Shown: piece after piece, positions 1-13,183 of the stretch
Layout: each line of letters starts with the position of its first letter
How positions within the stretch are numbered: position 1 is the first letter of the stretch
Source of the DNA: an uncultured Syntrophomonadaceae bacterium
Lineage (GTDB): Bacteria > Bacillota > Dethiobacteria > DTU022
DNA: 64,000 bases
Assembly: GCA_964436815.1 (NCBI GenBank)
Contig: CAYTER010000003.1
Coordinates: forward strand, 14,808-78,807
Direction: 5' to 3'
The notes under the pieces: model-generated
The model's input: only the letters and a program-made list of their open reading frames with translations
Databases searched by the model: none
Told to the model about the DNA's origin: nothing
Program-made: the position numbers and the translations under genes

Positions 1-1931
1 GGGTCACGAGCAGTGAAATCGTAGTGCGGCGCAGTGGTGAAGCGGATGGTCTTAACTACAGGATCAACGGCCGCACCTGTGAACGTTTCGAAGCTGAACA
101 GCAGGACTTCAGCCAGGGCCGGGGCCTCGATATATACTACCTGCAAAAGTTTAAGCGCTCCAACCAGGGTACCTGTATCAACCAACATCCAATTGTCGTC
201 CACGGTCAGCAGGTTAAAGCCGGTGAGGTCATTGCCGACGGTTCCTGCACCAGTTTTGGAGAACTGGCCCTGGGGCGCAATGTGCTGGTGGCCTTTATCC
301 CCTGGGAAGGTTACAACTACGAGGATGCGATTCTGATCAGCGAAAAACTGGTCAAAGAGGATGTTTTCACCTCGATTCATATTGAAGAATACGAATCCGA
401 AGCCCGCGATACCAAGTTGGGCCCGGAAGAGATAACCCGCGATATTCCAAATGTCGGGGAGGAAGCCTTAAAAGACTTAGATGGCCGCGGGATAATCCGC
501 ATCGGCGCCGAAGTCAGGGCCGGCGATATCCTGGTCGGCAAGGTCACCCCGAAAGGCGAAACCGAGCTGACTGCCGAAGAACGCTTACTGAGAGCTATTT
601 TCGGTGAGAAAGCCCGCGAAGTGCGTGATACTTCATTGCGTATTCCCCACGGTGAATCGGGAATTGTCGTGGATGTGAAGGTTTTTAACCGCGAAGATGG
701 CGATGAACTGTCACCCGGCGTCAATCAACTGGTCAGGGTTTATGTAGCCCAGAAACGGAAGATCTCCGAGGGGGACAAAATGGCCGGCAGGCACGGCAAC
801 AAAGGGGTCATTGCCCGCATATTGCCTGAAGAGGATATGCCTTTTCTGCCTGACGGCACCTCGCTTGATATTGTGCTTAACCCGCTTGGAGTTCCATCGC
901 GGATGAATATCGGACAGGTGCTGGAAACGCACCTTGGTTGGGCTTCAAAAACCCTGGGGCTCAAGATTGCCTCGCCCGTTTTTGACGGCGCGACCGAGGA
1001 AGATGTTTTTAACTGCCTGAAGGAGGCTTCCCTGCCGGCTAACGGAAAGACAATTCTCTTCGACGGCCGGACAGGAGAACAGTTTGATGAACCGATAACC
1101 GTCGGTTATGCCTATATGCTAAAACTGGCTCACCTGGTCGATGACAAGATTCATGCCCGTTCAACAGGCCCGTACTCACTTGTAACCCAGCAGCCGCTGG
1201 GTGGTAAAGCCCAGTTTGGCGGGCAGCGGTTTGGAGAGATGGAAGTCTGGGCTCTTGAAGCATACGGTGCGGCCTATACCCTGCAGGAAATCCTGACTGT
1301 TAAATCCGATGACGTTGTCGGCCGGGTTAAAACTTACGAAGCAATAGTCAAGGGAGAAAATATTCCTGAACCAGGAGTGCCGGAATCTTTCAAGGTTTTG
1401 GTCAAGGAACTGCAGAGCCTCTGCTTAGATGTCCGGGTGCTCAGCGATGAAACCGGCGAGGTTGAAATCAAGGAAGGTGATGATGATTCAGACTACCGCC
1501 GCCTTGATGTAAACATCGAAGGTATGGAGTCGGACGAAGATGATATCGATCGCTTTGTCTATCGCCGGGAGGAAAAGCCGGATTTGAGTACAGCTGATGA
1601 AGCGGATGACGATGAGGAATGCCTCGATGAAGAAGACGACGAAGGTGAAGAAGAAACTGAAGAACTCGATCTCGTCGAGGACGACGAAGAAGATAAAGCG
1701 CCGGTTGATCTTGTTGCTGAGACGGTACCGGCGGAAATAGATGAAGATGAAGTTGAAGAGGTTTCTTTAGATGAGCTTGAAGAAGAAGAGGCGGAAGCCG
1801 TTGATGAGGACGAAGAAGAGCTCGAGCTGAAGCCTAAGCGTTCAGCCAAGAAAAAGAAATCCAAAAGGGTTCGGGAAGAAGAGTATGAAGACTTGGGCGA
1901 CCTGGACGAGGACGAAGAAAGTATCTACTAG
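1..1931 (+). CDS. rpoB: DNA-directed RNA polymerase beta subunit, 3' partial (window starts inside the gene); ~170-aa acidic C-terminal extension
   Basis: Translation matches the conserved RpoB C-terminal half (…NQGTCINQ…[22 protein letters not shown]…[13 protein letters not shown]…[67 protein letters not shown]). The frame stays open to the TAA at 1929-1931. Confidence 0.95.
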   Translation, partial: VTSSEIVVRRSGEADGLNYRINGRTCERFEAEQQDFSQGRGLDIYYLQKFKRSNQGTCINQHPIVVHGQQVKAGEVIADGSCTSFGELALGRNVLVAFIPWEGYNYEDAILISEKLVKEDVFTSIHIEEYESEARDTKLGPEEITRDIPNVGEEALKDLDGRGIIRIGAEVRAGDILVGKVTPKGETELTAEERLLRAIFGEKAREVRDTSLRIPHGESGIVVDVKVFNREDGDELSPGVNQLVRVYVAQKRKISEGDKMAGRHGNKGVIARILPEEDMPFLPDGTSLDIVLNPLGVPSRMNIGQVLETHLGWASKTLGLKIASPVFDGATEEDVFNCLKEASLPANGKTILFDGRTGEQFDEPITVGYAYMLKLAHLVDDKIHARSTGPYSLVTQQPLGGKAQFGGQRFGEMEVWALEAYGAAYTLQEILTVKSDDVVGRVKTYEAIVKGENIPEPGVPESFKVLVKELQSLCLDVRVLSDETGEVEIKEGDDDSDYRRLDVNIEGMESDEDDIDRFVYRREEKPDLSTADEADDDEECLDEEDDEGEEETEELDLVEDDEEDKAPVDLVAETVPAEIDEDEVEEVSLDELEEEEAEAVDEDEEELELKPKRSAKKKKSKRVREEEYEDLGDLDEDEESIY

Positions 1932-1965
1932 TAGCACAGGATAACCCCTGGCGAAAGGAGAGATC

Positions 1966-4900
1966 TTGTTGTTGGATGTAAATAATTTTGATGCCCTGAA
2001 AATTGGTTTGGCGTCATCTGAACAAATTAGAGCCTGGTCGCGCGGTGAGGTTAAGAAACCGGAGACGATCAACTACCGAACTCTTAAGCCTGAGCGGGAA
2101 GGTCTGTTCTGCGAAAAAATATTCGGACCGCAAAAAGACTGGGAATGCCATTGCGGAAAATACAAAAGGGTTCGCTATCGCGGTATAGTCTGCGACCGGT
2201 GTGGGGTTGAGGTCACCAGGGCCAAGGTTCGTCGCGAAAGAATGGGCCACATTGAACTGGCCGCCCCGGTATCGCATATCTGGTATTTCAAGGGCATCCC
2301 CAGCCGTATGGGGCTTTTACTGGACATGTCGCCCCGCGCCCTTGAGAAGGTCCTTTACTTTGCAGCCTACGTGGTCATTGATCCCGGCGACACCTATTTA
2401 AGCAAGAAACAGCTATTAACCGAGGTTGAATACCGGGAGTATTTTGATAAATACCAGGCGCTGTTCAAGAGCGGTAAAGGGTTTAAAGCTGAAATGGGAG
2501 CTGAGGCGGTTAAAAAACTGCTGGCCGGCCTCGATCTGGACGAGATTGCCGAAGAACTGCGTGAAGAGCTGCTCAGTTCCAGCGGCCAGAAAAAAGTAAG
2601 GGCAATCCGCCGCCTTGAGGTGGTCGAAGCATTTCGCCAGTCAGGCAACAATCCTACCTGGATGATCCTTGATGCTATCCCTGTGATTCCGCCCGACCTG
2701 CGACCTATGGTGCAGCTCGACGGTGGCCGTTTTGCCACCTCCGACTTAAACGATCTCTATCGCCGGGTCATTAACCGTAATAACCGTTTAAAGCGGCTGT
2801 TAGATCTTGGCGCACCTGATATTATTGTCCGGAACGAAAAGAGAATGCTGCAGGAAGCGGTTGACGCCCTGATCGACAACGGCCGGCGCGGCCGTCCGGT
2901 AACCGGTCCGGGAAACCGCCCGCTAAAATCTTTAAGTGACATGCTCAAGGGAAAACAAGGCCGCTTTCGCCAGAACCTGCTTGGTAAACGCGTTGACTAC
3001 TCAGGCCGTTCCGTGATTGTGGTCGGTCCCGAACTTAAACTTTACCAGTGCGGATTACCGAAAGAGATGGCCTTAGAGCTCTTTAAGCCTTTTGTGATGA
3101 AGCGTTTGGTCCAGGAAGGTCTGGCGCATAATATCAAGAGCGCCAAGCGCATGGTTGAAAAAGTGCGTCCCGAAGTATGGGATGTGCTCGAAGAGGTAAT
3201 CAAGGATCATCCCGTACTGCTCAACCGGGCCCCGACCCTGCACCGCCTGGGGATTCAGGCTTTTGAGCCGGTGCTGGTTGAAGGGCGGGCAATTCAGATT
3301 CACCCGCTGGTTTGTGCTGCCTATAACGCCGATTTCGACGGCGACCAGATGGCTGTGCATGTGCCACTTTCGGCTGAAGCCCAGGCTGAAGCGCGCCTGC
3401 TGATGCTGTCGGCCCATAATATTCTTAACCCCAAAGACGGTCGTCCGGTAACCACCCCGACCCAGGACATGGTTCTCGGTTGTTACTACCTGACCCTGGA
3501 AAAAGACGGGGCACGCGGTGAAGGCAAAGTATTCGGTGATACGGAAGAAGCGGTTATGGCTTTCGAATTGGGTTACCTCGATCTGCACGCGCGTATTTTA
3601 ATCCGGGTGTCAGGTTTCAAAGGACGCGATTTTGTGCGTCGTAAAAAATATTTGCTCACAACTGTCGGCAAGGTAATCTTTAATGATGTTTTCCCGAAAG
3701 ATTTTCCTTATATGAATAATGCCGACTTTGCCAATTCACTGCCGGAGGAAAGTTTTGTACCGCTTAAAAATTTAGATCCTCAGAAGCTGTTAGCTTCACG
3801 TCCGCGCTACAAGGCGATTAAAAAAGATTTTCTCGCCGAGCTGATAGCCCGTTGTTACAGGATGTACGGCAATACCAAGACCGCGGAGATTTTAGATCAG
3901 GTTAAAAAGCTGGGCTTTCACTACGCTACGCGGGCCGGTGTTACCGTTGCGGTTGATGATATTGTCATCCCGCCGCAGAAAAAGGAGATTCTCTTATTGG
4001 CGGAGGAAAAGGTTGACAATACGGAGCAGCAGTATGCTCACGGTCTGATCACTGAAAAAGAGCGCTATGACCGGGTTATTGAGATCTGGGGCCAGGCCAA
4101 AGATGAGGTTTCAAAAGCACTGATGAGCGGCCTTGATGAACTCAACCCGATTTACATGATGGCCCACTCCGGCGCCCGCGGTAATGAATCGCAGATTACC
4201 CAGCTGGCCGGTATGCGCGGATTGATGGCTGACCCGACCGGCCGCATCATGGATATCCCGATCAAGGCCAATTTCCGCGAAGGCTTGACCGTTATTGAAT
4301 TCTTTATCTCCACTCATGGCGCCCGTAAGGGTTTGGCTGACACGGCTTTGAAGACGGCGAACTCAGGGTACCTGACCCGCCGTCTGGTTGACGTTGTGCA
4401 GGATGTAATCATCCGCGAAGACGACTGCGGAACCGGTCAGTCAATCGGTTTGAGCGAGTTTCTTGATAAGGAAGAGGACCTGGTAGATGCGGTTGTGCGC
4501 CTGGTTGGCCGTTATACCATGGAACCGGTTTATCATCCTGAAAGCGGCGAAGTGTTGATTGAAGCAGATACTTTGATCACCGAGGATTTGGCTGCCCAGG
4601 TAGCCGAGCTTGGTATAACCGAAGTACGCTTCCGCTCCGCCCTGACCTGTAAAACCCGTCACGGGGTATGTGTTAAATGTTACGGCCGTGACCTGGCCAG
4701 TGGCAATATTGTCAATGTCGGTGAAGCGGTGGGTATTATAGCTGCTCAGTCAATCGGCGAGCCCGGTACCCAGTTGACAATGAGAACATTTCATACCGGT
4801 GGAGTAGCCGGGGATGATATCACCCAGGGTCTGCCCAGGGTTGAAGAACTGTTTGAAGCGCGCAAACCAAAAGGCCAATCGCTGATTGCCGAAATTGCCG

Positions 4901-5673
4901 GCGAGGTTGAAGTTTTGGAAACACGCTACAAGCGTGAAATCCGCATTACCTCTGAACATGGCGATAACCGGGTTTATGCTATTCCTTACGGGGCGCGGAT
5001 TAAAGTTGAGAACGGTGAAAGTGTCAGCGCCGGTGACGAGCTAACTGAAGGTTCGATTAACCCCCATGAGCTGTTAAAAGTTAAAGGGGTGCGCGGTGTC
5101 CAGCTCTACCTCCTAAAAGAGGTCCAGTGGGTTTACAAGATGCAGGGTGTCGATATCAACGATAAACATATTGAAATTATCGTTCGCCAGATGCTGAAGA
5201 AAGTAAAAGTCGAAGATCCCGGTGATACCGATCTTCTGCCCGGAGGTATGTTGGACAGCTACCTTTTTGAAGAAATCAATGCTGGAACAGTAGAGGCAGG
5301 AGGTCGTCCGGCTTTAGCCCGTCCGCTCCTGCTCGGAATCACCAAAACATCACTGGCTACTGAATCGTTTCTGTCCGCCGCATCCTTCCAGGAGACAACC
5401 CGTGTGCTGACTGAGGCATCGATTAAAGGTCGTAAGGATCACCTGCTCGGCTTGAAGGAAAACGTGATCATCGGCAAACTGATTCCGGCCGGCACAGGAA
5501 TGAACCGTTACCGCAGTATCGAGGTTCATCCGGAAGGTTATGAACCGGAAGCGGAACCGGAGGAAGCACTTGAAGTAGATTTAGGTTTGGATATCGAAGA
5601 AACAGCAATTGCCGCCGCGGCCGATCAGAGGCCTGAGCGGGTTGAAGAAGATCCCGAAATCTTTGAGGATTAA
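1966..5673 (+). CDS. rpoC: DNA-directed RNA polymerase beta' subunit
   Basis: TTG start at 1966 with GGAGAG 5 nt upstream. Contains the N-terminal zinc-binding Cys motif, the NADFDGDQM catalytic loop and the conserved trigger loop/jaw regions. 1235 aa with an acidic tail. Confidence 0.96.
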   Translation: MLLDVNNFDALKIGLASSEQIRAWSRGEVKKPETINYRTLKPEREGLFCEKIFGPQKDWECHCGKYKRVRYRGIVCDRCGVEVTRAKVRRERMGHIELAAPVSHIWYFKGIPSRMGLLLDMSPRALEKVLYFAAYVVIDPGDTYLSKKQLLTEVEYREYFDKYQALFKSGKGFKAEMGAEAVKKLLAGLDLDEIAEELREELLSSSGQKKVRAIRRLEVVEAFRQSGNNPTWMILDAIPVIPPDLRPMVQLDGGRFATSDLNDLYRRVINRNNRLKRLLDLGAPDIIVRNEKRMLQEAVDALIDNGRRGRPVTGPGNRPLKSLSDMLKGKQGRFRQNLLGKRVDYSGRSVIVVGPELKLYQCGLPKEMALELFKPFVMKRLVQEGLAHNIKSAKRMVEKVRPEVWDVLEEVIKDHPVLLNRAPTLHRLGIQAFEPVLVEGRAIQIHPLVCAAYNADFDGDQMAVHVPLSAEAQAEARLLMLSAHNILNPKDGRPVTTPTQDMVLGCYYLTLEKDGARGEGKVFGDTEEAVMAFELGYLDLHARILIRVSGFKGRDFVRRKKYLLTTVGKVIFNDVFPKDFPYMNNADFANSLPEESFVPLKNLDPQKLLASRPRYKAIKKDFLAELIARCYRMYGNTKTAEILDQVKKLGFHYATRAGVTVAVDDIVIPPQKKEILLLAEEKVDNTEQQYAHGLITEKERYDRVIEIWGQAKDEVSKALMSGLDELNPIYMMAHSGARGNESQITQLAGMRGLMADPTGRIMDIPIKANFREGLTVIEFFISTHGARKGLADTALKTANSGYLTRRLVDVVQDVIIREDDCGTGQSIGLSEFLDKEEDLVDAVVRLVGRYTMEPVYHPESGEVLIEADTLITEDLAAQVAELGITEVRFRSALTCKTRHGVCVKCYGRDLASGNIVNVGEAVGIIAAQSIGEPGTQLTMRTFHTGGVAGDDITQGLPRVEELFEARKPKGQSLIAEIAGEVEVLETRYKREIRITSEHGDNRVYAIPYGARIKVENGESVSAGDELTEGSINPHELLKVKGVRGVQLYLLKEVQWVYKMQGVDINDKHIEIIVRQMLKKVKVEDPGDTDLLPGGMLDSYLFEEINAGTVEAGGRPALARPLLLGITKTSLATESFLSAASFQETTRVLTEASIKGRKDHLLGLKENVIIGKLIPAGTGMNRYRSIEVHPEGYEPEAEPEEALEVDLGLDIEETAIAAAADQRPERVEEDPEIFED

Positions 5674-5687
5674 TCAGGATCTTTTAA

Positions 5688-5716
5688 TTGACAAGGTTCT
5701 CAGACGGTGATAGAAT
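5688..5716 (+). promoter_or_regulatory. Sigma-A type promoter: TTGACA-17 bp-TAGAAT with TG extension (str operon promoter)
   Basis: TTGACA at 5688-5693, a 17-nt spacer, and tgaTAGAAT at 5708-5716. The L7Ae-like gene starts about 60 nt downstream. Confidence 0.6.
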
Positions 5717-5780
5717 CTTAAGGTGCGCCTGAAGGGCGTGCTCAATTAAGCTTGTAGATAAGGGATGGTGTAACTTCCCG

Positions 5781-6029
5781 TTGGAAGAGCTGATCAGCAG
5801 CGCCCGGCAGAAAGTGGTCGGGGCCAAGCAAACCATTAAAGCCCTTGAAAAGGGAGAAGCTCTCCATGTTTTTGTGGCTGCGGATGCAGAAGATAAGGTA
5901 ACAAGACCGGTACTCCAAATCTGCGAAACGAATGGCATCAAGCCTCATTATGTCGATACGATGCAGCAGCTAGGCAAAATGTGTGGAATAAAGGTTAAAG
6001 CAGCTGTAGCTGCCATTACAGAAGAATAA
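5781..6029 (+). CDS. ybxF: Ribosome-associated L7Ae-like protein (YbxF/RplGB family)
   Basis: 82 aa, similar to B. subtilis YbxF (…[14 protein letters not shown]…[12 protein letters not shown]) and sits in the conserved position between rpoC and rpsL. TTG start. Confidence 0.85.
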   Translation: MEELISSARQKVVGAKQTIKALEKGEALHVFVAADAEDKVTRPVLQICETNGIKPHYVDTMQQLGKMCGIKVKAAVAAITEE

Positions 6030-6042
6030 AGGAGGTGGACTG

Positions 6043-6420
6043 ATGCCGACAATCAACCAGTTAGTGCGGAAAGGCCGCCAGCAGATTACCAAGAAATCGT
6101 CTGCACCGGCCCTCGATCGTTCCCCGCAAAAAAGAGGAGTATGCACGAGAGTATCGACCACTACACCGAAGAAACCGAACTCTGCCCTACGTAAAATTGC
6201 CAGAGTCCGCCTGACCAATGGAGTCGAAGTGACTGCCTATATCCCCGGAATCGGGCATAACCTGCAGGAACACTCAGTGGTTCTGGTCAGGGGTGGCAGG
6301 GTTAAAGACTTGCCCGGTGTCCGCTATCACCTGGTACGGGGCGCTCTCGATTCTGCCGGCGTTGAAAACCGGTCGCAGGGACGTTCGAAGTACGGCACAA
6401 AGCGGCCGAAGAAGCAGTAA
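6043..6420 (+). CDS. rpsL: 30S ribosomal protein S12
   Basis: [12 protein letters not shown]… opening and the [10 protein letters not shown] motif. AAGGAGG RBS. Confidence 0.97.
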   Translation: MPTINQLVRKGRQQITKKSSAPALDRSPQKRGVCTRVSTTTPKKPNSALRKIARVRLTNGVEVTAYIPGIGHNLQEHSVVLVRGGRVKDLPGVRYHLVRGALDSAGVENRSQGRSKYGTKRPKKQ

Positions 6421-6915
<495 letters not shown>

Positions 6916-7012
6916 ATCTTAGCGAACAGTTATTATTAAAGATAGAGGCGCAGATTTTAAAGGTTTTTAATTTTAACAGCCGCTAATCTTCGCTTTTGAA
7001 AGGAGGGAAGAA

Positions 7013-9091
7013 ATGAGCAAGGAAGCACAGTTGGAGCAGATCAGGAATATTGGTATTGCCGCTCATATTGATGCCGGTAAGACGACCACCACAGAACGGA
7101 TTTTATTTTACACCGGTCGCCTGCACAAACTCGGTGAAGTTCATGATGGCAATGCAACCATGGACTGGATGGTTCAGGAGCAGGAACGCGGTATAACCAT
7201 TACCAGCGCTGCTACATCATGCCGGTGGAGAGAAAGTTTAATTAATATTATCGATACACCCGGACACGTGGACTTTACGGTCGAGGTTGAACGTTCACTC
7301 AGAGTGTTGGATGGCATGATTGCTATCTTCTGTGCCAAAGGTGGGGTTGAGCCTCAGTCTGAAACAGTATGGCGACAGGCAGACCGCTACCATGTCCCGC
7401 GTTTGGCCTATATCAACAAGATGGATATGGTCGGGGCCGATTTCTTTAACGTTTTACGCCAGCTGCAGGAAAGACTCCATGCTCAGGCCCTTCCCCTGCA
7501 ACTGCCAATCGGATCGGAAAGCGAGTTTTCCGGAGTAGTTGATCTGATTACCGAGCGGGCCATTGTCTATGAAGACGATCTGGGGACGCACAGCACGGAA
7601 ACTGATATCCCCGAGACCATGAAAGAACAGGTTGCCGATTACCGGGAGAAGATCCTTGAACTGGTTGCCGATTATGACGATACCGTAATGGAAAAGTATT
7701 TTAATGGTGAAAAAATCAGCCCCGAGGAATGTTACCGGGCTTTGCGCAAGGCCACTATTTATCACAACCTGGTCCCGGTGCTCTGCGGATCTTCATATAA
7801 GAATAAAGGTGTGCAGCCGCTGCTTGATGCTGTAGTACATTACCTGCCTTCACCAATCGATGTCGGCGCGGTTAAGGGGTTTAACCCGCATAACGGGGAA
7901 GAGGATTTTCGCCTGCCGGCAGTTGATGCTCCCTTCGCGGCATTGGTCTTTAAGATCATGGTTGATCCATTCGTTGGTAAACTGGCTTTTGCCCGCATTT
8001 ATTCAGGTTCCCTGGAGAAGGGCTCAGTTGTCCTTAATGCCGCTCGCCAGAAAAGACAACGCATCAGCCGTCTGATCCGGATGCATGCCAACTTCAGGGA
8101 AGAGATCGACCGGGCTCAGACTGGCGACATTCTGGCCATTATCGGGCCGAAAGAGATCAGCACCGGCGACACCCTGTGCGCTCTCGACAAACCGATCATT
8201 TTAGAAAATATTCAGTTTCCGGAACCGGTTATCTCGGTAGCCATTGAGCCGAAAACCAAGGCCGACCAGGATAAAATGTCTTTGTCCATGCAGCAGTTAG
8301 CTGAAGAAGATCCTACTTTCCAGGTTCACAGCGATCAAGATACGGGGCAGACAATTATCTCCGGTATGGGCGAGCTGCACCTGGAGATAATCGTTGACCG
8401 CCTGCTGCGTGAATTTAAGGTACAGGCCAATGTCGGTAAACCGCAGGTGGCTTATAAGGAAACAATTTTAAGCGAAACCAAAGCTGAAGGACGATTTGTC
8501 CGTCAGTCCGGAGGACGCGGCCAGTTCGGCCATGTGGTAATTGAGCTTTCGCCGCTGGAACCTGGCGGAGGTTTTGCCTTTGAGAGTAAAATTGTTGGCG
8601 GAGTTATTCCCAAAGATTTCATTCCCGCAGTGGAATCAGGTCTGAAAGAAGCGGCTCTTAACGGCATTCTAGCCGGATACCCGGTTATTGACATTAAGGC
8701 GACCCTGGTAGACGGTTCATACCATGAGGTTGACTCGTCTGAACTGGCCTTCAAAATTGCTGCTTCCAAAGCCCTGAAAGCAGCGCTTGCCAAGGCTAAG
8801 CCGGTGCTGTTGGAACCGGTAATGAAAGTGGAAGTATCTGCTCCGGAAGAATATCTGGGTGATATTATCGGTGATTTTACCGGACGGCGCGGCCGGATCC
8901 TCGGCACGGAAATGAAAAGCGGTCAGCAGGTGGTCAGGGGAGTTGTTCCCCTGAATGAAATATTTGGTTACGCCACGGAACTGCGTTCGCACACCCAGGG
9001 CCGCGGAGTTTATAATATGGAGTTTTACCGTTACGAAGAGGTACCACAGAGCATCGCTCAGAAAATAATCACTCAAAGTGTTACTTATTAA
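7013..9091 (+). CDS. fusA: Elongation factor G
   Basis: 692 aa. G domain motifs [17 protein letters not shown] and NKMD are present, with EF-G domains II-V following. Confidence 0.96.
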   Translation: MSKEAQLEQIRNIGIAAHIDAGKTTTTERILFYTGRLHKLGEVHDGNATMDWMVQEQERGITITSAATSCRWRESLINIIDTPGHVDFTVEVERSLRVLDGMIAIFCAKGGVEPQSETVWRQADRYHVPRLAYINKMDMVGADFFNVLRQLQERLHAQALPLQLPIGSESEFSGVVDLITERAIVYEDDLGTHSTETDIPETMKEQVADYREKILELVADYDDTVMEKYFNGEKISPEECYRALRKATIYHNLVPVLCGSSYKNKGVQPLLDAVVHYLPSPIDVGAVKGFNPHNGEEDFRLPAVDAPFAALVFKIMVDPFVGKLAFARIYSGSLEKGSVVLNAARQKRQRISRLIRMHANFREEIDRAQTGDILAIIGPKEISTGDTLCALDKPIILENIQFPEPVISVAIEPKTKADQDKMSLSMQQLAEEDPTFQVHSDQDTGQTIISGMGELHLEIIVDRLLREFKVQANVGKPQVAYKETILSETKAEGRFVRQSGGRGQFGHVVIELSPLEPGGGFAFESKIVGGVIPKDFIPAVESGLKEAALNGILAGYPVIDIKATLVDGSYHEVDSSELAFKIAASKALKAALAKAKPVLLEPVMKVEVSAPEEYLGDIIGDFTGRRGRILGTEMKSGQQVVRGVVPLNEIFGYATELRSHTQGRGVYNMEFYRYEEVPQSIAQKIITQSVTY

Positions 9092-9110
9092 TTTTGGAGG
9101 TGTAATTTAA

Positions 9111-10313
9111 TTGGCTAAGAAGAAGTTTGAGCGGACGAAGCCGCACGTAAACGTAGGGACGATTGGTCACGTGGACCACGGCAAGACGACACTGACGGCG
9201 GCGATGACAGCATGTTTATCGAGTGCCGGACTGGCAAATAAGACCTCGTTTGACGAGATCGACAAGGCGCCGGAAGAAAAAGAAAGAGGCATAACCATTG
9301 CGACAGCGCACGTGGAATATGAAAGTGAAAACCGCCACTATGCGCACGTAGACTGCCCCGGGCACGCTGACTATGTGAAGAACATGATCACCGGAGCGGC
9401 GCAGATGGACGGAGCGATCCTGGTTGTATCGGCTGCGGACGGCCCGATGCCGCAGACCCGGGAACACATTTTACTTTCCCGTCAGGTAGGCGTTCCCTAT
9501 ATTATTGTCTTTTTGAACAAAGCCGATATGGTGGACGACCCTGAACTCTTAGAATTAGTCGAGATGGAAGTAAGAGACCTCTTAAGCGAATATGAATTCC
9601 CCGGAGACGACACCCCGGTGATTACCGGTTCAGCCCTTAAAGCAGGCGAATGCGGCTGCGGTGGTAAAGACTGCGAATGCTGCAAACCGATCTGGGACTT
9701 AGTAGACGCGCTTGACAACTATATTCCGATGCCCGAGCGTGAAAAAGACAAGCCCTTCTCCATGCCGATCGAAGACGTCTTTTCGATTACCGGCCGCGGC
9801 ACCGTGGTCACCGGCAGAGTGGAAAGAGGCCAGATTAAAGTTGGCGATGAAGTCGAAATCGTCGGTTTTGAAGAAAAGCCGCGCAAAACCGTAGCCACCG
9901 GTGTGGAAATGTTCCGCAAGCTGATGGATTACGCTGAAGCAGGCGACAACATTGGTGTCCTCTTACGCGGGATAGACCGTGAATCGGTAGAGCGGGGTCA
10001 GGTCTTGGCCAAGCCCGGCACGATCAAGCCGCACACTGACTTTAAAGCCGAAGTCTACGTGCTGAAGAAAGAAGAAGGCGGCCGCCACACCCCGTTTTTC
10101 CAGGGTTACCGTCCGCAGTTCTACTTCCGCACCACCGATGTTACCGGCAATATCAACCTGCCTGAAGGTATGGAGATGGTCATGCCCGGTGACAACGTGA
10201 ACATGGATATTCAGCTGATCACCCCGATCGCGATCGAGGAAGGCGTGCGTTTCGCGATTCGCGAAGGCGGCCGGACCGTCGGCGCCGGAGTGGTCACCGC
10301 TGTCAAAGAGTAA
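9111..10313 (+). CDS. tuf: Elongation factor Tu; Cys-rich insertion ([11 protein letters not shown]) in domain 1
   Basis: TTG start with GGAGGTG RBS. Motifs [14 protein letters not shown] and NKAD are present. 400 aa. Confidence 0.96.
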   Translation: MAKKKFERTKPHVNVGTIGHVDHGKTTLTAAMTACLSSAGLANKTSFDEIDKAPEEKERGITIATAHVEYESENRHYAHVDCPGHADYVKNMITGAAQMDGAILVVSAADGPMPQTREHILLSRQVGVPYIIVFLNKADMVDDPELLELVEMEVRDLLSEYEFPGDDTPVITGSALKAGECGCGGKDCECCKPIWDLVDALDNYIPMPEREKDKPFSMPIEDVFSITGRGTVVTGRVERGQIKVGDEVEIVGFEEKPRKTVATGVEMFRKLMDYAEAGDNIGVLLRGIDRESVERGQVLAKPGTIKPHTDFKAEVYVLKKEEGGRHTPFFQGYRPQFYFRTTDVTGNINLPEGMEMVMPGDNVNMDIQLITPIAIEEGVRFAIREGGRTVGAGVVTAVKE

Positions 10314-10348
10314 GCGATGCAGCAAACCAGCGATGAAGTAGAAGGTTG

Positions 10349-10373
10349 CCGGGTTACTGCCCGGGGAATTTTT
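10349..10373 (+). terminator. Weak candidate intrinsic terminator/attenuator between tuf and rpsJ
   Basis: CCGGG-ttactg-CCCGG hairpin followed by ggaaTTTTT. Confidence 0.3.
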
Positions 10374-10417
10374 ACGGAGCAGCTCTGATTGAATCAGGCG
10401 ATAAGGAGGATTCATTA

Positions 10418-10726
10418 ATGGCTAGTCAAAAAATCAGGATTAGATTAAGAGCCTTTGATCATCATTTACTGGACCAGTCTGCCGGTAAAATAGTAGAAAC
10501 GGCGCGCCGGACGGGAGCAGATGTTTCCGGGCCGGTACCTTTACCGACAGAGAGAAGCTTATATACAGTTATCAGGGCGCCGCATAAATACAAAGACTCC
10601 CGGGAGCAATTCGAAATGCGCACTCATAAGCGTCTGATTGACATTCTGGAACCAACCCCGAAAACAATCGACGCTTTGATGAGGCTTGATTTGCCTGCCG
10701 GTGTGGACATTGAGATTAAGCTCTAG
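10418..10726 (+). CDS. rpsJ: 30S ribosomal protein S10
   Basis: A canonical [15 protein letters not shown] start with AAGGAGGA 7 nt upstream. The ORF extension back to 10346 has no support. Confidence 0.95.
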   Translation: MASQKIRIRLRAFDHHLLDQSAGKIVETARRTGADVSGPVPLPTERSLYTVIRAPHKYKDSREQFEMRTHKRLIDILEPTPKTIDALMRLDLPAGVDIEIKL

Positions 10727-10753
10727 TTGATAGGCGGGAGGTGCAATTAGAAA

Positions 10754-11383
10754 ATGACAAAAGCAATACTGGCGAAAAAAGTTGGAATGACCCAGATTTA
10801 CGACGAACAGGGACGTGTCATGCCGGTAACCGTTTTGGAGGCCGGACCCTGTCGCGTGGTCCAGGTTAAAAATGAGGAAACAGACGGCTACAACAGTATC
10901 CAGATTGGTTTTATCGATAAGAAGGAGCAGCGGGTAAACCGGCCTCTGAAAGGGCACTTTCAGAAAGCCAACCTAAAACCGCTGCGTTACCTGCGCGAAT
11001 TCAGGATTGATGATCCGGCTGCTTACAAGTCAGGTCAGGAGATCAAGGCAGATTGTTTTTCAGCCGGCGATTACGTTGATATCAGCGCTATCGCCCGGGG
11101 AAAAGGGTTTGCCGGTTCAATTAAAAAGATGGGGTTCAGCAGGGGTCCGAAAACACACGGTTCACATTATCATCGTGGTCCGGGTTCTCTGGGCGCTGTT
11201 GCTCCGGCTCGGGTCTTTAAAGGTCGCAGGTTGCCAGGACGCATGGGTGGCTGGAGACGTACAGTTCAGAGCCTGCGCGTCGTTGAAGCTGACGCCGCTA
11301 AGAATCTAATTCTGGTCAGGGGTTCCGTCCCCGGACCAAGAGGCGGCCTGGTAGAAATTAAAGAGTCGGTTAAACGCCGGTAA
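10754..11383 (+). CDS. rplC: 50S ribosomal protein L3
   Basis: MTKAILAKKVGMTQIYD… L3 signature. Confidence 0.96.
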   Translation: MTKAILAKKVGMTQIYDEQGRVMPVTVLEAGPCRVVQVKNEETDGYNSIQIGFIDKKEQRVNRPLKGHFQKANLKPLRYLREFRIDDPAAYKSGQEIKADCFSAGDYVDISAIARGKGFAGSIKKMGFSRGPKTHGSHYHRGPGSLGAVAPARVFKGRRLPGRMGGWRRTVQSLRVVEADAAKNLILVRGSVPGPRGGLVEIKESVKRR

Positions 11384-11416
11384 ACGGAAAGCCTATAGAA
11401 AGGAGAAACCCTGAAG

Positions 11417-12043
11417 ATGCCAAAACTATCGCTTTATAATAAAGACGGCGAACAGGTCGATCAAATCGAAGCACAGGATGCAATTTTTGCCGCCCCGATA
11501 AAACCGGCTGCAATGCATCAGGCAGTAGTGTCACAGGCAGCCAGAAAACGTCTCGGCACAGCATCAAGCAGAGACCGCGGTGAAATCAGAGGCGGCAGCA
11601 GTAAACCGTGGCCGCAAAAAGGGACAGGCCGTTCACGTCACGGCAGTACCAACTCGCCGATCTGGACTGGCGGCGGTGTTGCTTTCGGTCCGCAGCCGCG
11701 GGATTATGATCCGAAGATGCCGAAGAAAATGCGGCGCGCGGCACTAAAATCTGCGTTGAGCGACAAGGTCAATGAAGGCAAACTGCTTGTGGTTGATGAG
11801 TTTGTTTTCGATGCACCGCAGACAAAAATAATGGCCGGCCTGCTAAAAAAACTTAATGTCAGTGATGGGGCCCTGATTGTCAGTGATCAACCCGATCTGA
11901 ACATGATTAAAGCAGCCCGTAACCTGCCCCGGGTAAAAACTATTTTAGCCAGGCAGTTGAATGTCCTTGATGTGCTGACCTATGATCATCTGGTGATGAG
12001 CAAAGCGGCACTCAAAGAGGTCGAGGAGGTGTTCGGCGGATGA
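11417..12043 (+). CDS. rplD: 50S ribosomal protein L4
   Basis: L4 family sequence in the conserved S10 operon order. Confidence 0.95.
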   Translation: MPKLSLYNKDGEQVDQIEAQDAIFAAPIKPAAMHQAVVSQAARKRLGTASSRDRGEIRGGSSKPWPQKGTGRSRHGSTNSPIWTGGGVAFGPQPRDYDPKMPKKMRRAALKSALSDKVNEGKLLVVDEFVFDAPQTKIMAGLLKKLNVSDGALIVSDQPDLNMIKAARNLPRVKTILARQLNVLDVLTYDHLVMSKAALKEVEEVFGG

Positions 12044-12333
12044 AAGATGCAAGAGATATCATCATTCGTCCTTTGATCAGTGAGAAGTCTTCCGACCTGA
12101 TGGAGGAGCTGAAGTACACTTTCGTAGTTTCCAAAAGCGCGAATAAGATTGAAATAAAGCGTGCCCTGGAAGAGATTTTCGGCGTTAAAGTTAAGGCAGT
12201 GAATACTGCAAACTTCAAGGGCAAAAGAAAGCGACTTGGACGCTATCCGATGGGCAAACAGCCCAGCTGGAAAAAAGCGGTTATTACACTGGCCGATGGC
12301 AGCAAACCGATTGAGCTGTTTGAAAGCCGCTAA
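12040..12333 (+). CDS. rplW: 50S ribosomal protein L23
   Basis: 97 aa L23 that overlaps the rplD stop (ATGA). Confidence 0.95.
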   Translation: MKDARDIIIRPLISEKSSDLMEELKYTFVVSKSANKIEIKRALEEIFGVKVKAVNTANFKGKRKRLGRYPMGKQPSWKKAVITLADGSKPIELFESR

Positions 12334-12352
12334 GAGAAGGAGGGAGCATTAA

Positions 12353-13183
12353 ATGGCAGTTAAACGTTTTAAACCCACTTCGCCGGGGCGGCGGTTTGCT
12401 ACCGTATCGACTTTTGAAGAGATCACCAAAACGGAACCGGAGAAATCGCTACTGGCCCCCTTGAGCAAGAAAGCCGGTCGCAATAACTATGGTCGAATCA
12501 CTGTCCGTCACCAGGGCGGGGGTCATAAGCGCGCCTACCGGATTATTGACTTTAAAAGGAACAAGGACGATATTCCGGCAAAAGTTGCCGGTATTGAATA
12601 CGACCCGAACCGCACGGCAAATATTGCCCTGCTTCATTATAGCGACGGCGAAAAACGCTACATTCTGGCCCCCCTGGGCTTGCGTGTCGGTCAAACCGTT
12701 GTGTCGGGGATAAAAGTTGAAGTAAGGCCGGGTAATGCCATGCCGCTTCGTTCAATACCGACGGGCACCTTTGTCCATAATATTGAAATGAAACTCGGCC
12801 ATGGCGGGCAGTTAGCCCGTTCGGCGGGCGCTGCGGCTCAGCTGGCAGCCAAGGAAGGCGAAACAGCCTTTATCCGCCTGCCTTCCGGAGAACTCCGCCT
12901 GGTTCCGATCGACTGCCGGGCAACGGTTGGTCAGATCGGTAATATTGAACATGAAAACCTGACAATCGGCAAAGCCGGTCGCAGCCGCTGGCTGGGCCGC
13001 AGGCCGACAGTGCGCGGTTCGGTTATGAACCCCTGCGACCATCCCCACGGTGGTGGCGAAGGAAGAGCGCCGATTGGGCTAAAACGACCGGTTACCCCCT
13101 GGGGTAAACCGACTCTCGGGTATAAAACCCGTAAGAAAAACAAAGCTTCGGATAAGCTCATTATCCGCCGCCGTAAGAAGTAG
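12353..13183 (+). CDS. rplB: 50S ribosomal protein L2
   Basis: 276 aa with the GGGHKR and SAGA motifs of uL2. Confidence 0.96.
   Translation: MAVKRFKPTSPGRRFATVSTFEEITKTEPEKSLLAPLSKKAGRNNYGRITVRHQGGGHKRAYRIIDFKRNKDDIPAKVAGIEYDPNRTANIALLHYSDGEKRYILAPLGLRVGQTVVSGIKVEVRPGNAMPLRSIPTGTFVHNIEMKLGHGGQLARSAGAAAQLAAKEGETAFIRLPSGELRLVPIDCRATVGQIGNIEHENLTIGKAGRSRWLGRRPTVRGSVMNPCDHPHGGGEGRAPIGLKRPVTPWGKPTLGYKTRKKNKASDKLIIRRRKK

Noticed and set aside
1559-1864. Minus-strand 101-aa Ser-rich ORF antisense to the end of rpoB
   Set aside because: It is the reverse-complement reading of the GAA/GAT-rich acidic-tail codons. It has no RBS and sits inside a clearly coding region.
2014-5000. Multiple 60-170 aa antisense or out-of-frame ORFs inside rpoC (e.g. 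3073-3588 minus) and inside fusA, tuf and the ribosomal genes
   Set aside because: They are embedded in highly conserved genes on the opposite strand or an alternate frame. No start signals. They are typical artefacts of GC-rich coding DNA.
10346-10417. N-terminal extension of the rpsJ ORF (MPGYCPGNF…)
   Set aside because: The conserved S10 N-terminus ([10 protein letters not shown]) starts at 10418 with an ideal SD. The upstream part covers an intergenic hairpin.
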